DNA of 64,000 nt from an uncultured virus (IMG/VR IMGVR_UViG_3300031758_000053). Its lineage: Duplodnaviria; Heunggongvirae; Uroviricota; Caudoviricetes. The notes under the pieces were generated by a model. The model made no database searches. It was given only the letters and a program-made list of their open reading frames with translations, and was not told where the DNA came from. The position numbers were made by a program, and so were the translations under genes. The stretch is taken from IMG/VR virus record IMGVR_UViG_3300031758_000053. One strand, written 5' to 3'. Shown here piece by piece: positions 8,886 through 19,066 of this stretch; the stretch's first letter is position 1, and the number at the start of each line of letters is the position of its first letter.

Positions 8886-11279
8886 ATGGCAACCAACATT
8901 GACACCGCTCTGAACCCCTTGGATATGGGATTGATGGGCGATGAGCCTGCGATTGAGATTGAAATTGAGCAACCTGAGGGCTTAAAGATCGGAATTGATG
9001 GCGTTGAAATAGATTTGATGCCGGAACCTCTGATGGCAGAAGAATTTGATGCCAACCTCGCAGAGTTCATGGATGACGGCGACCTGCAGTCTTTGGCTTC
9101 AGAGCTTGTGGCCCTCGTAGACGCAGACATCAACTCCCGGAAAGACTGGACGGAGATGTTTGTCAAGGGCTTGGAAGTCCTTGGCATGAAGTATGAAGAG
9201 CGCACTGAGCCCTGGAACGGGGCCTGTGGCGTTTACAGCCCCCTTCTGACAGAAGCTGCCATCAGGTTTCAGTCAGAGATGATCACTGAGACCTTCCCTG
9301 CCCAGGGCCCGGTCAAGACGCAGATCATCGGCGCGGTTGATCGCCTCAAGGAAGACGCAGCAGAGCGTGTCCGCGATGACATGAACTACATGCTGACCGA
9401 GAAGATGATCGACTACCGCTCAGAGCATGAGCGCATGCTGTACTCCCTGGGGCTCTCAGGCGCAGCGTTTAAGAAGATCTACCCGAACCCCAGCACTGAA
9501 CTGCCTGCGGCTCCTTTTGTCCCGGCAGAAGACTTGATCATGCCCTATGGGGCATCCAATGTTTACACCGCAGAGCGCGTGACTCACATCATGCGCAAGA
9601 CGGAGAACGAGATCAAGAAGCTACAGGTTGCTGGCTTCTATCTGGACGAAGAACTGGGTGAGCCGGTCAGGTTCTTCACTGACATCGAAAAGAAAAAGGC
9701 AGAAGAACAAGGGTATACCCTGACTGATGATGACCGTTATCAGGTTCTGGAGATCCACGTAGACTGGGACATGCCGGGGTACGAAGATGAAGTTCCTTTG
9801 CCGTATGTGGTCACGGTTGAAAGAGGCACTCAGACGGTTCTGTCAATCCGGCGAAACTGGAACGAAGACGACAAGCGAAAACTCAAGCGACAGCACTTCG
9901 TCCAATACACCTATATTCCTGGTTTTGGCGCTTATGGTTTGGGTTATATCCACCTTATTGGTGGTTATGCTCGCGCTGGCACTTCCATCATCCGGCAATT
10001 GGTGGATGCTGGCACCCTGTCCAACCTGCCCGGTGGCCTAAAGGCTCGTGGGTTGCGGATTAAGGGCGATGACACCCCGATTGCTCCGGGTGAGTTTAGA
10101 GATGTGGATATTGCTTCTGGAAGTGTGCGTGACAACATCATGCCGCTGCCTTACAAGGAGCCAAGCCAAGTTTTGGCTGCGCTGCTTCAGTCAATTACTG
10201 AAGATGGGCGCAGACTAGCAGCGATTGCAGATCTCAAGATCAGCGATATGTCTGCCCAGGCCCCTGTGGGCACCACGCTGGCTATTCTTGAGCGTCAACT
10301 CAAGACTATGAGCGCGGTTCAAGCCCGTGTACACGCAAGCCTGCGCATGGAGTTTAAGTTGCTCAAGGAAATCATTCGTGATTTCCTGCCTGCAGATTAT
10401 TCCTACACGCCAGAGGGTGGTGATCGGTCGGTTAAACAGTCTGACTATGACTTGGTTGAGGTTATCCCGGTCAGTGATCCGAACGCAGCTACTATGGCGC
10501 AGCGGATCATGCAGTATCAAGCTGCTTTGCAATTGGCCCAAGGTGCTCCGCAGATTTATGACCTTCCTCAACTGCATCGGCAGATGTTGGAAGTATTGGG
10601 TATCAAGAACGCAGAGAAGCTGGTTCCTGTCGAAGATGATCAGAAACCTCGTGATCCCGTGTCAGAAAACATGAGTTTCTTGACCGGGAAACCAACCAAA
10701 GCATTTATCTACCAAGACCATCAGGCCCATATTGCAACCCATATGAGCCTTATGCAAGATCCCATGATCATGCAGATGATGGGGCAGAGCCCAATGGCTC
10801 AGCAAATGCAAGGCGCGGTTATGGCTCACATCGCAGAGCACATGGCCTTTGCTTATCGCCAGCAGATTGAGCAGCAGCTTGGTGTGCCCATGACGGCCCC
10901 GGATCAGGAGTTGGATGAGCAGACGGAAGTGCAGTTGTCGCGTCTGGTAGCCCAGGCAGCGCAGCAATTGCTGCAAAGCAACATGGGCAAGGCACAGCAG
11001 CAGCAAGCCCAGCAAATGGCTCAAAACCCGCAGATGCAGATGGCGCAGATGGAGCTTCAGCTTAAGGCCGAAGAACTCAAGCGCAAGGAAGCAGACAGCC
11101 AACGTGACTTCCAGATTGCACAGCAAAAGATTCAACTTGAACAGCAGCGCTTGCAAGTTGAAACACAGAAGGAAGCCGCTCGTTTACAGGCGCAACAAAA
11201 GCAAGGAGACAAGAAACTCCGAGCAGATATGGTGAAGAGTATGATTAAACCAGCGCAACAACCGCGCACAAAACAATAA
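8886..11279 (+). CDS. portal protein (P22-like, with Q-rich C-terminal barrel)
   Basis: Position after terL, size, YGLGYIHLIGG..QLVDAGTL motif, C-terminal coiled coil. Confidence 0.88.
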   Translation: MATNIDTALNPLDMGLMGDEPAIEIEIEQPEGLKIGIDGVEIDLMPEPLMAEEFDANLAEFMDDGDLQSLASELVALVDADINSRKDWTEMFVKGLEVLGMKYEERTEPWNGACGVYSPLLTEAAIRFQSEMITETFPAQGPVKTQIIGAVDRLKEDAAERVRDDMNYMLTEKMIDYRSEHERMLYSLGLSGAAFKKIYPNPSTELPAAPFVPAEDLIMPYGASNVYTAERVTHIMRKTENEIKKLQVAGFYLDEELGEPVRFFTDIEKKKAEEQGYTLTDDDRYQVLEIHVDWDMPGYEDEVPLPYVVTVERGTQTVLSIRRNWNEDDKRKLKRQHFVQYTYIPGFGAYGLGYIHLIGGYARAGTSIIRQLVDAGTLSNLPGGLKARGLRIKGDDTPIAPGEFRDVDIASGSVRDNIMPLPYKEPSQVLAALLQSITEDGRRLAAIADLKISDMSAQAPVGTTLAILERQLKTMSAVQARVHASLRMEFKLLKEIIRDFLPADYSYTPEGGDRSVKQSDYDLVEVIPVSDPNAATMAQRIMQYQAALQLAQGAPQIYDLPQLHRQMLEVLGIKNAEKLVPVEDDQKPRDPVSENMSFLTGKPTKAFIYQDHQAHIATHMSLMQDPMIMQMMGQSPMAQQMQGAVMAHIAEHMAFAYRQQIEQQLGVPMTAPDQELDEQTEVQLSRLVAQAAQQLLQSNMGKAQQQQAQQMAQNPQMQMAQMELQLKAEELKRKEADSQRDFQIAQQKIQLEQQRLQVETQKEAARLQAQQKQGDKKLRADMVKSMIKPAQQPRTKQ

Positions 11280-11288
11280 GGAGTTAAT

Positions 11289-11480
11289 ATGACCACTGCG
11301 TTTACCGTGGTTATCAAAGAAATTGAGGAGCGCCGCGAATCCATCGCGCAGGCGCTTATCTCAGGCTCGGCAAAAGATCATGCTGAGTATCGTGACTTGT
11401 GTGGCGAGATCCGGGGTCTATCGCGTGCACATGCTTTTATAACTGACCTCGTGCGAAAGATGGAAAACGACGATGAGTGA
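11289..11480 (+). CDS. hypothetical protein
   Basis: AAGGAG SD; EYRDLCGEIRGL motif typical of genes following the portal. Confidence 0.75.
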   Translation: MTTAFTVVIKEIEERRESIAQALISGSAKDHAEYRDLCGEIRGLSRAHAFITDLVRKMENDDE

Positions 11481-11877
11481 AATCCTCCTAAGTGATGGTG
11501 CAAGCACCACGGTATTGCCCGAGACCGACGCAGAAAAGGCCCGTCAGGTGCCTGATCCTGTGACTTATCACTTGCTCTGCATGCTGCCCAAAGCGGATGA
11601 AGAGTATGAAAGCGGGCTGGTCAAAGCAGGCCAGACCATGCATTTCGAAGAGGTGATGAGCCCGGTGCTGTTTGTTGCCAAGATGGGGCCTGATTGCTAC
11701 AAAGATCCGCTGCGCTTTCCCAGCGGGGCTTCATGCAAGGTAGGCGATTTCGTCTTAGTCCGACCGAATACGGGCACGCGCCTGAAGATTCATGGTACGG
11801 AGTGGCGAATCATCAACGACGACAGCGTTGAAGCGGTTGTCCAAGATCCTCGTGGCATCCAAAAGGGAGGACGCTGA
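11473..11877 (+). CDS. GroES/Cpn10-like co-chaperonin
   Basis: P...LL...P....SGL....V.KMGPD.Y...CKVGDFVL.....G.......WRIINDDSVEAVV pattern. Confidence 0.78.
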   Translation: MSEILLSDGASTTVLPETDAEKARQVPDPVTYHLLCMLPKADEEYESGLVKAGQTMHFEEVMSPVLFVAKMGPDCYKDPLRFPSGASCKVGDFVLVRPNTGTRLKIHGTEWRIINDDSVEAVVQDPRGIQKGGR

Positions 11878-11878
11878 T

Positions 11879-12808
11879 ATGTCGGAGTTCAAATTTCCAG
11901 ACGAGATTGAGGCTGAAAAGCCTACGGAAGAGAAGCTGCAAATTGAGATCGAAGGCGAAACCGAGATTGAGGTTGTTGACGACACGCCGCCGGAGGATCG
12001 CAACCGCAAGCCGATGAAGGAGGCTCCCGCAGAGGTTACCGATGATGAGTTGGAACAGTATTCTGAAGGGGTCAAAAAGCGCATCCAGCACTTCTCCAAG
12101 GGCTATCACGAGGAGCGCAGGGCCAAAGAAGCGGCGTTGCGTGAGCGTGAAGAGGCAGTACGTCTTGCTCAAAATCTTGTTGAGGAGAACAAACGCCTTC
12201 AGGGTAGTTTGGGACAAGGCCAGCAAGCCCTGCTTGAACAAGCCAAGAAGGTTGTTCAAAACGAACTTGATCAAGCCAAACAGAAGTTCAAAGCCGCTTA
12301 TGAAGCGGGAGACTCTGATGCTTTGGTTGAGGCTCAAGAAGCACTTGCCGCTGCTAAATACAAAGCAGAGCGAGTAAACAATTTCAAGCCAGCAGTTGCA
12401 CAGCCGCAAACTCCTGTGGTACAACCCGCACCACAGGCAGAGCAAAGTGTCCGTATTGATCCGAAAGCTGATGCTTGGCGTGATGCCAATCCTTGGTTTG
12501 GGTCAAATGATGAGATGACTGCTGTGGCCTTAACGGTTCACAAAAAACTTGTTGATAGCGGAGTAGACACCAACAGCGACGAGTATTACGAGAAAATCAA
12601 CTCTCGTGTACGGCAGATCTTCCCAGATGCGTTTACCTCTGAGAAGCCAGCTAAAAAAGCCGCAGTTGTAGCTCCCGCCACGCGAAGCACAGCGCCCCGA
12701 AAAATCGTGTTGACGCAATCACAAGTTCAAATCGCCAAACGGCTCGGACTGACTAATGAACAGTACGCCCGTGCGGTTGCGGAAGAAATGAGGAAACAAA
12801 ATGGCTGA
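11879..12808 (+). CDS. probable capsid scaffolding protein
   Basis: Acidic N-terminus, long coiled coil, NPWFG and LT..Q..IAKRLGL C-terminus; upstream of MCP. Confidence 0.7.
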   Translation: MSEFKFPDEIEAEKPTEEKLQIEIEGETEIEVVDDTPPEDRNRKPMKEAPAEVTDDELEQYSEGVKKRIQHFSKGYHEERRAKEAALREREEAVRLAQNLVEENKRLQGSLGQGQQALLEQAKKVVQNELDQAKQKFKAAYEAGDSDALVEAQEALAAAKYKAERVNNFKPAVAQPQTPVVQPAPQAEQSVRIDPKADAWRDANPWFGSNDEMTAVALTVHKKLVDSGVDTNSDEYYEKINSRVRQIFPDAFTSEKPAKKAAVVAPATRSTAPRKIVLTQSQVQIAKRLGLTNEQYARAVAEEMRKQNG

Positions 12809-13247
12809 ACGTAATCCCCGTGAATTGGACACCAGAGCTAAAGCTGAACGGCCCAAGCAATGGATGCCTCCACAACTCCTGCCCGATCCGAACCCGGAAG
12901 AAGGGTATGCTTTCCGTTGGATTCGCGTCAGCACTCAAGGGGTCAATGACCCGATGAATGTGTCCTCTAAGCTCCGCGAAGGCTGGGAGCCTGTAAAGGC
13001 CAGCGAACATCCCGAGATTCAACTGGGAGGAGGGGGCTCAGGTCGCTTCCCGGACAGTATTGAAGTCGGTGGGCTGCTGCTTTGCAAAACCCCAAAGGAG
13101 TTCACTGAGCAACGCAATTCATACTATCAGCGTCAAGCTGATGGGCAGATGGCGTCAGTGGACAACAACTTCATGCGCGATAACGATCCCCGGATGCCTC
13201 TTTTCCGAGAGCGCCGCTCCGAGGTGTCGTTTGGGCGCGGTCCCTAA
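12801..13247 (+). CDS. conserved head-region hypothetical protein
   Basis: GYAFRWIR..REGWEPV..GGLLLCK motif; coupled ORF. Confidence 0.7.
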   Translation: MAERNPRELDTRAKAERPKQWMPPQLLPDPNPEEGYAFRWIRVSTQGVNDPMNVSSKLREGWEPVKASEHPEIQLGGGGSGRFPDSIEVGGLLLCKTPKEFTEQRNSYYQRQADGQMASVDNNFMRDNDPRMPLFRERRSEVSFGRGP

Positions 13248-13262
13248 TCCAAGGAGTTCTCT

Positions 13263-14093
13263 ATGTCTTACCCCTCGGTAGACGCCCCTTACGGGCTAAA
13301 GCCGGTCAATTTGATCGGCGGGCAGGTGTTCGCGGGTTCCACGCGGGAATACAACATTCCCTACGGCTACTCCACGAGCATCTTTTATGGTGACTTTGTT
13401 GGTCTGACCCGTGGTCAGATTCAGCGTCTGGCGGTTTCGACCGGCACCGCTGGCAATCAGTCGGGTATCTTCCTGGGATGCTCGTACACTGATCCGACGA
13501 CCAAGCAAAAGCGCTTCTCGCAATACTGGCCCGCTTCCACGCTGGCTGGCGATGCAGTTGCCATCGTTTGCGACGATCCTGACACTGTGTTCAAGGCTGC
13601 CGTGTGCTCTGCCACTACGGCTATCGCCTCGGGCGCTCGTGCCATGATCGGCCAGAACTTGGCTTGTATCGACAACACCGGTAACAGCAACACCGGCAAC
13701 TCGGCTAACGCCCTGTTGGCACCGAACGACACCCCTGCGACGACCAGTTCGCTGCCGGTGCGTGTCCTGGGTGTGGTTCCTGAGACGGCAGTGAATCTGG
13801 GTACGGCAACGTATGTCAGCATCTCTACCGCAACGGTGACCTGCTCTGCTCTGCCGTTTGCCCTGCCGGTTGGCACTGACGTTGGCTCGATTGCAGCTAA
13901 CGGCCAGTACATCTCTTCGGGCTCGTTTGTGGACACCGCAGCTTCTGCTGGCGCGACTTCGTTCGTTCTGAACCAAGCCCCCGCCGCAGCCTTTGCTGCT
14001 AGTTCCACTCTGGTCTTCACTCAGTTCCCTGAACTGCTCGTGAAGCTCAACTTCGGTCAGCACCAGTATTACGCTGGTACGTCCATCGCCTAA
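13263..14093 (+). CDS. putative capsid decoration/minor head protein
   Basis: DAPYGLKPV..IF.GD.V beta-rich protein directly before MCP; strong SD. Confidence 0.65.
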   Translation: MSYPSVDAPYGLKPVNLIGGQVFAGSTREYNIPYGYSTSIFYGDFVGLTRGQIQRLAVSTGTAGNQSGIFLGCSYTDPTTKQKRFSQYWPASTLAGDAVAIVCDDPDTVFKAAVCSATTAIASGARAMIGQNLACIDNTGNSNTGNSANALLAPNDTPATTSSLPVRVLGVVPETAVNLGTATYVSISTATVTCSALPFALPVGTDVGSIAANGQYISSGSFVDTAASAGATSFVLNQAPAAAFAASSTLVFTQFPELLVKLNFGQHQYYAGTSIA

Positions 14094-14105
14094 GGAGTTT
14101 GAATC

Positions 14106-15014
14106 ATGGCAATTTCACGTGCCCAACTACTGAAGGAACTCCTGCCCGGTCTGAACGCCCTGTTCGGCATGGAGTACAAGCGCTACGGCGAAGAGCACAA
14201 GGAGATCTACGAGACGGAGACCTCCGAGCGTTCGTTCGAAGAAGAAACCAAGCTCTCTGGTTTCTCCGCAGCCCCGGTGAAGAACGAAGGTTCAGCAATC
14301 CAGTACGACAACGCACAGGAAGCCTGGACCGCTCGTTACAACCACGAGACCATCGCTATGGGTTTCTCCATCACCGAAGAGGCGATGGAAGACAATCTGT
14401 ACGACAGCCTGTCTGCTCGGTACACCAAGGGTCTGGCTCGCGCCATGGCCTACACCAAGCAGGTTAAGGCCGCTGCGATCCTGAACAACGGTTTCTCCAG
14501 CGCTGTTACCTACGGCGACGGGCAAGCTCTGTTCTCGACCGCGCACCCGCTGGTCTCCGGTGGCACCAACAGCAACCGTCCCACGACGAACGCTGACCTG
14601 AACGAAACGTCCCTCGAAGCGGCTGTGATCCAGATCGCTGGTTGGACGGATGAGCGTGGTCTGCTGATTGCTGCCAAGCCCCGCAAGCTGATTGTTCCTC
14701 CGAACCTCCAGTTCGTCGCAACCCGACTGCTGGAAACGTCGCTGCGTGTCGGTACTAACGATAACGACATCAACGCGCTGAAGAACAACGGCAGCATCCC
14801 GGAAGGCTACACGATCAACCACTTCTTGACCGACACCAATGCGTGGTTCCTGACCACGGATGTGCCTAACGGTCTGAAGCACTTCATTCGTGTGCCGCTG
14901 GCTACGTCGATGGACGCTGACTTTGATACCGGCAACAGCCGTTACAAGGCTCGTGAGCGTTATTCGTTCGGCGTGTCTGACCCGCTGGGCGCGTTCGGTT
15001 CTCCCGGCGCTTAA
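14106..15014 (+). CDS. major capsid protein (HK97 fold)
   Basis: MAISRAQLLKELLPGLNALFG..., GDG.ALFST.HPL, KPRKLIVPP, YKARERYSFG; strong SD and biased codons; terminator follows. Confidence 0.93.
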   Translation: MAISRAQLLKELLPGLNALFGMEYKRYGEEHKEIYETETSERSFEEETKLSGFSAAPVKNEGSAIQYDNAQEAWTARYNHETIAMGFSITEEAMEDNLYDSLSARYTKGLARAMAYTKQVKAAAILNNGFSSAVTYGDGQALFSTAHPLVSGGTNSNRPTTNADLNETSLEAAVIQIAGWTDERGLLIAAKPRKLIVPPNLQFVATRLLETSLRVGTNDNDINALKNNGSIPEGYTINHFLTDTNAWFLTTDVPNGLKHFIRVPLATSMDADFDTGNSRYKARERYSFGVSDPLGAFGSPGA

Positions 15015-15034
15015 TCCCAAAAGGGTTAAACAAC

Positions 15035-15059
15035 AAAAGGGGCCTTGTGCCCCTTTTTC
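15035..15059 (+). terminator. terminator after MCP
   Basis: AAAAGGGGC-loop-GCCCCTTTTT. Confidence 0.75.
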
Positions 15060-15158
15060 ATTTGTGCTACCCTCTTATAAACCGAGTTTAACCACAGCCC
15101 GCCGACTGACTCGGCAGACTTCTCCTCAGAGACGACGGGTGCAGATTGAGGAATAGCC

Positions 15159-15665
15159 ATGAGCTTCTCGACTTTCTCTGGCCCGGTACGTGCGGGCACC
15201 CAGCGTTACGCTCCCGGTGAAAACACCGGCCTTATCACGCTGTCTCGCACGGCTTATGTCAACGTCTCTGGCGTGGCGCTGACCACTGGCGCTGCTGCAC
15301 AGACGCTGTTTACGCTGCCTGCTGGCTCCAAGATTCTGAACTTCGTACCTGAAGTTCTGGTGACCGTTGCTGGTAACTCTGTGTCCCAGGTGGGCGTGAC
15401 CATTGGCAAGGCTGGTTCTGCGGATGCGTTTGCTGCTTCGTTTAATACCGGCACGGCTGTGGCTCGTGTAGCTCAGGCTACCGTTGACACCGCAATCTCT
15501 GGCAAGGTCGCTGCGCTGGACAACATTGGCACGGTAGATGTGCCTGTGACCGCCACGTTTACGGCTACGACGGGTAACCCGACTTCTGGGCAGATCGCAA
15601 TCACGGTTGTGTACCAGCAGCGTGCTGAAAACGGCGCACAAGTTCCTACCGCGTTCCAGAACTGA
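15159..15665 (+). CDS. virion structural protein
   Basis: MSFSTFSGPVRAG N-terminus; beta-rich; biased codons. Confidence 0.65.
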   Translation: MSFSTFSGPVRAGTQRYAPGENTGLITLSRTAYVNVSGVALTTGAAAQTLFTLPAGSKILNFVPEVLVTVAGNSVSQVGVTIGKAGSADAFAASFNTGTAVARVAQATVDTAISGKVAALDNIGTVDVPVTATFTATTGNPTSGQIAITVVYQQRAENGAQVPTAFQN

Positions 15666-15669
15666 TGAC

Positions 15670-15692
15670 GGGGGCTTCGGCCCCCCTCTTTT
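15670..15692 (+). terminator. terminator
   Basis: GGGGC-TTCG-GCCCC then CTCTTTT. Confidence 0.65.
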
Positions 15693-15704
15693 AAGGAGTG
15701 CGTA

Positions 15705-16040
15705 ATGCGTCCAGTACGAGTAATAGTTGGTGCGCAAGCAGCATCTAGGGTTATCCCTCTGGATACCTATCAAGACCCGTTCAATGTGAGTATTGGCGTG
15801 GTGCTCTCTGCGGGGGCGTCATTGACATACTCCGTAGAGCATACGTTTGATGACGTACAGGCTCCGGGTTTTGATCCGTCTGCGGCTACGTGGTTTACTA
15901 ATGCAGGTTTGTCGGCCAAAACGACATCTCTGGACGGTAACTACTCATTTCCGGTGACGGGAATTCGCTTGAACGTGACCACTTATTCCAGCGGCACGGC
16001 CACCATGACGGTCATCCAAGCCGGTATGCCAGGGAGGTAA
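15705..16040 (+). CDS. putative structural protein
   Basis: AAGGAG SD; beta-rich; PVTGIRL motif. Confidence 0.65.
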   Translation: MRPVRVIVGAQAASRVIPLDTYQDPFNVSIGVVLSAGASLTYSVEHTFDDVQAPGFDPSAATWFTNAGLSAKTTSLDGNYSFPVTGIRLNVTTYSSGTATMTVIQAGMPGR

Positions 16041-16043
16041 GGT

Positions 16044-16562
16044 ATGGCTATTGATATTGCTGCACTGCGAAAGTTTCAAGATATGTGGGAGCCTGTTATG
16101 CAGGCTATTCCCGCCGTCATGGAGCTTGAAGCCAAGAAGGCCGACATGGATCGGTGGATTGCTTCAAAGCAGAAAGAGTACGACAAGGCTATTGCAGACA
16201 TCGAAAAGGCATACGCCGACGCAGACAAGCGCATCGAAGCGCATAACGCTGCTGTCGAGAAGGCTATGGCTGATGTGGCTGCTGCGCAAGAAGACGCTGC
16301 CAAGGTCCGTGCAGAAGCTATGGACAACGCCAGGGCAGCCGCTGCTAATGCGCAAGCTAAGGCAGATGCCCTGAGCCAACAAGTGGCTGAGCGTGAATCG
16401 CGTCTTGCTGCGCTTGATGCAGAGATTGCACAGGCGATGGCTGATGCTGTTGCGCCCCGCGCTGCAAAGATTGCCGAGTTGGATGCCGAGATCAGTGCCT
16501 TGGAAAAGCGGCAGGCAACTGCTGAGAAGGCGTTGGAATCTTTGCGGGCAAGACTTGGATAA
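16044..16562 (+). CDS. Ala-rich coiled-coil protein
   Basis: GGAGG SD; heptad pattern. Confidence 0.65.
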   Translation: MAIDIAALRKFQDMWEPVMQAIPAVMELEAKKADMDRWIASKQKEYDKAIADIEKAYADADKRIEAHNAAVEKAMADVAAAQEDAAKVRAEAMDNARAAAANAQAKADALSQQVAERESRLAALDAEIAQAMADAVAPRAAKIAELDAEISALEKRQATAEKALESLRARLG

Positions 16563-16565
16563 ACC

Positions 16566-16895
16566 GTGAGCAGCCTAAGTGGTGTAAGTCACGTACAGGA
16601 CAGCGGTGAACAGGAGTACACCCATGTGGTTGCAACTGTCACTGCTTCTGGCAGTACGACGGTTTACACGCCAGCAGCGGGCAGGAAAATCCGCCTTCGG
16701 TGGATTTATGCCATCAATGACCCCGCTGCACAGACTGCTCCGCTAATCAAGGTGTTTTTGGGTGGCTCTGAAAAGTATCGTGTTTACGCCCTCAGCAAGC
16801 GACAGCTTGTGACGGGACCTGTAAACGGTGCTTTGATCGTTGATTTGAGTGCTGCGGGTAGCGTAGCTGTAACGGCTCTTCTAGAAGAGGTTTGA
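16566..16895 (+). CDS. hypothetical structural protein
   Basis: Tightly packed ORF. Confidence 0.55.
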   Translation: MSSLSGVSHVQDSGEQEYTHVVATVTASGSTTVYTPAAGRKIRLRWIYAINDPAAQTAPLIKVFLGGSEKYRVYALSKRQLVTGPVNGALIVDLSAAGSVAVTALLEEV

Positions 16896-16896
16896 C

Positions 16897-17331
16897 ATGG
16901 CAACCTTTAACAAGTTTCAAGACTTTTCCGAACAGCTTGTAAACGGCGTTCAGAACTTCACCACGGATACGTTCAAAGTTGCTCTTAGCAACACGGCTCC
17001 TGTGGCAACCAACACGGTGTTGGCGAACATCACCCAGATTGGCGCTGGTAACGGCTACACATCTGGCGGCACCGCAACGACCATCACCGTCAGCGAATCA
17101 TCGGGCACAACGACTGTGTCTGGTACGCAGGTGGTGTTTACCGCGTCTGGTGGCTCTATCGGCCCCTTTCGGTACGTCGTGCTGTACAACGACACCACCT
17201 CCACTCCGGTTAACAAGCCGCTGGTTGGCTGGTGGGACTATGGTGCTGGTGGCGTGACGCTGGCGGACACGGAAACCTTCACGGTCAAATTCAGCAACAC
17301 CAGCCCTGGTGCCATCTTCACGCTGACTTGA
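16897..17331 (+). CDS. virion appendage protein (DTFKVAL...GYTSGG family), paralog of 26711-27127
   Basis: Motifs DTxKxAL and GYTxGG shared with 26711-27127. Confidence 0.65.
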   Translation: MATFNKFQDFSEQLVNGVQNFTTDTFKVALSNTAPVATNTVLANITQIGAGNGYTSGGTATTITVSESSGTTTVSGTQVVFTASGGSIGPFRYVVLYNDTTSTPVNKPLVGWWDYGAGGVTLADTETFTVKFSNTSPGAIFTLT

Positions 17332-17343
17332 TAGGGGTGGTCG

Positions 17344-17979
17344 ATGACCATCACGTATCGACTGGTCAAGGGTTCTCCTCTGACATTTGCAGAGGAGGAC
17401 GGCAACTTTGCTGAACTTGCTGCGCGTACGGATCTGTCCTGGGCGCAATTTTCAAGTGAACCGCAAGTACGAGAGGGAACGGCCAACGCACCATCTTTGG
17501 AAGTTTTCCGAGATGGGTTGTACGAATGGTCGTACCCTAACGCACAACTGGCGCAGTCATACATCACTTTTGATGTTCCATTTGATTGGGCACCGGGCAC
17601 AGACCTTTATGTAGGTCTTCATTGGAGCCCAGGGAATAGCTCAGCGACTGGCAATGTGCGCTTTGGGGTTGAGTTTACTTACGCCTTCTCCTATGGACCT
17701 AATGGGGCGTCCAGTAGATTTGGCCCATCTCAGACGATCTATATAAACGCCAACCAAGCCGATGGTGTTGCATACACTAGCTACACCAACTTCAACAGTT
17801 ACGCTGATAGATTCCCTGGAGCACTGGTACAGCAAAACATGAGATTCCTGACCCGTATATTTCGGGACGGGGCGAATGTCGGAGATACTTTTGGGGCACC
17901 CATCTTCCTCATCGGCGCGGATTTCTTCTACCAGACAAACCGGTTTGGTACTCAGTCTTTGACGCCTCCTTTTGTTTAA
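17344..17979 (+). CDS. fibre-like structural protein
   Basis: N-terminal KGSPLTFAEEDGNF motif typical of phage fibre N-termini. Confidence 0.6.
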   Translation: MTITYRLVKGSPLTFAEEDGNFAELAARTDLSWAQFSSEPQVREGTANAPSLEVFRDGLYEWSYPNAQLAQSYITFDVPFDWAPGTDLYVGLHWSPGNSSATGNVRFGVEFTYAFSYGPNGASSRFGPSQTIYINANQADGVAYTSYTNFNSYADRFPGALVQQNMRFLTRIFRDGANVGDTFGAPIFLIGADFFYQTNRFGTQSLTPPFV

Positions 17980-17982
17980 GCC

Positions 17983-18909
17983 ATGCCTATCCAGCACTTC
18001 TACACCCAGACGGTAGCTGATGGCACTGCTACGTCTGTTGTCAGGCCGAGTGATTGGAACAGCGGCCATAGGATGGTTTACAACTTGTCTGGCAATACGC
18101 TGGGCAGTTCTCAAATCACAGGCTCAGATGTCATATTCCAAGCAGGGAATAACGTAACGCTGAGTGCGGATACAGCAGCCAGCAAACTTGTGTTCTCTGC
18201 CGCTGCTGGTGGCGGTGGGGCCGTGACGGCAAGTTTCATGGAGCCCAACATGCTGGTGGGCACGGCTTACTCGTCGTTTGGTCAGAACACGCTGTACTTC
18301 TTGCCCGTCAAACCTGCGATGGATGTCACGATGACAGCCGTCAATATGTTTGTTTCGCTTAACAACGCCACAAGCAACCAAAGTGCCGCTGTCAGTCAGA
18401 CCATTCAGTATGGCTGGTACTCTTTGGGCACAGGCGCAAGCAGTACGCAAATTGGTTTGATGCAGTCTTCTAGCATCGCCGTCATTGCTTCATACGCCTC
18501 TGCAGTTGCCACTGCAGGATATACCATCAGCCAAAGCACCAACAGCACAACGTATTCCAGCGCTGGAACTGGTAGCTCATCGGCTTGGACTGGACAGCGT
18601 ATTTTTGCCATGCCCATGGCAACGCTGTTGTCCGAAGGCGGAGAATACTATTTCATGATTAAGCAGAGCACGGCGTCTGCCAATAATACTGGGCCTTTGC
18701 GGATGTCGCACCTCGTGCTTAATAACATGACCAACGGTTCGTTTGGCCGGATGGCTCCAAACGGCAATTCGGTCAGTAATAGCACAATCGTGCCAAATTA
18801 CAACGGGTTTATTTTCTCTGCTACTTCTGCTTCTCCGCCAACTTCGTTTGGTGTTGCTGATAGACGTATCGTGAGTAATATCCGGCCTTACATCCAACTG
18901 GACGCATAA
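17983..18909 (+). CDS. Ser/Thr-rich fibre-like structural protein
   Basis: N-terminal VRPSDWN.GH motif; beta-rich. Confidence 0.6.
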   Translation: MPIQHFYTQTVADGTATSVVRPSDWNSGHRMVYNLSGNTLGSSQITGSDVIFQAGNNVTLSADTAASKLVFSAAAGGGGAVTASFMEPNMLVGTAYSSFGQNTLYFLPVKPAMDVTMTAVNMFVSLNNATSNQSAAVSQTIQYGWYSLGTGASSTQIGLMQSSSIAVIASYASAVATAGYTISQSTNSTTYSSAGTGSSSAWTGQRIFAMPMATLLSEGGEYYFMIKQSTASANNTGPLRMSHLVLNNMTNGSFGRMAPNGNSVSNSTIVPNYNGFIFSATSASPPTSFGVADRRIVSNIRPYIQLDA

Positions 18910-18910
18910 C

Positions 18911-19066
18911 ATGGCTATCGGTGACACGGGAACTGTGATTGTTCTGTACGGTGCCAGCTACCTTGTGCTTGGTACTGCGGGCGGGACGCTTGTCTATGCG
19001 ATCAAGCAGGGAGAGCCTATGCCTGCTACCGTGTACATCATCGATCTGGCAGAGGTGCCTGCGTGA
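18911..19066 (+). CDS. 51-aa hypothetical protein (MAIGDTGTVIVLYG...)
   Basis: Not in ORF track; fills the gap exactly and its TGA overlaps the GTG start of the glycosyltransferase. Confidence 0.55.
   Translation: MAIGDTGTVIVLYGASYLVLGTAGGTLVYAIKQGEPMPATVYIIDLAEVPA

Noticed and set aside
13296..15020. Long antisense ORFs opposite head genes (also opposite other GC-rich genes)
   Set aside because: Shadow ORFs arising from codon bias; no SD or recognisable motifs.
15095..15145. Hammerhead ribozyme
   Set aside because: CTGA is present but the CUGAnGA...GAAA core is incomplete.
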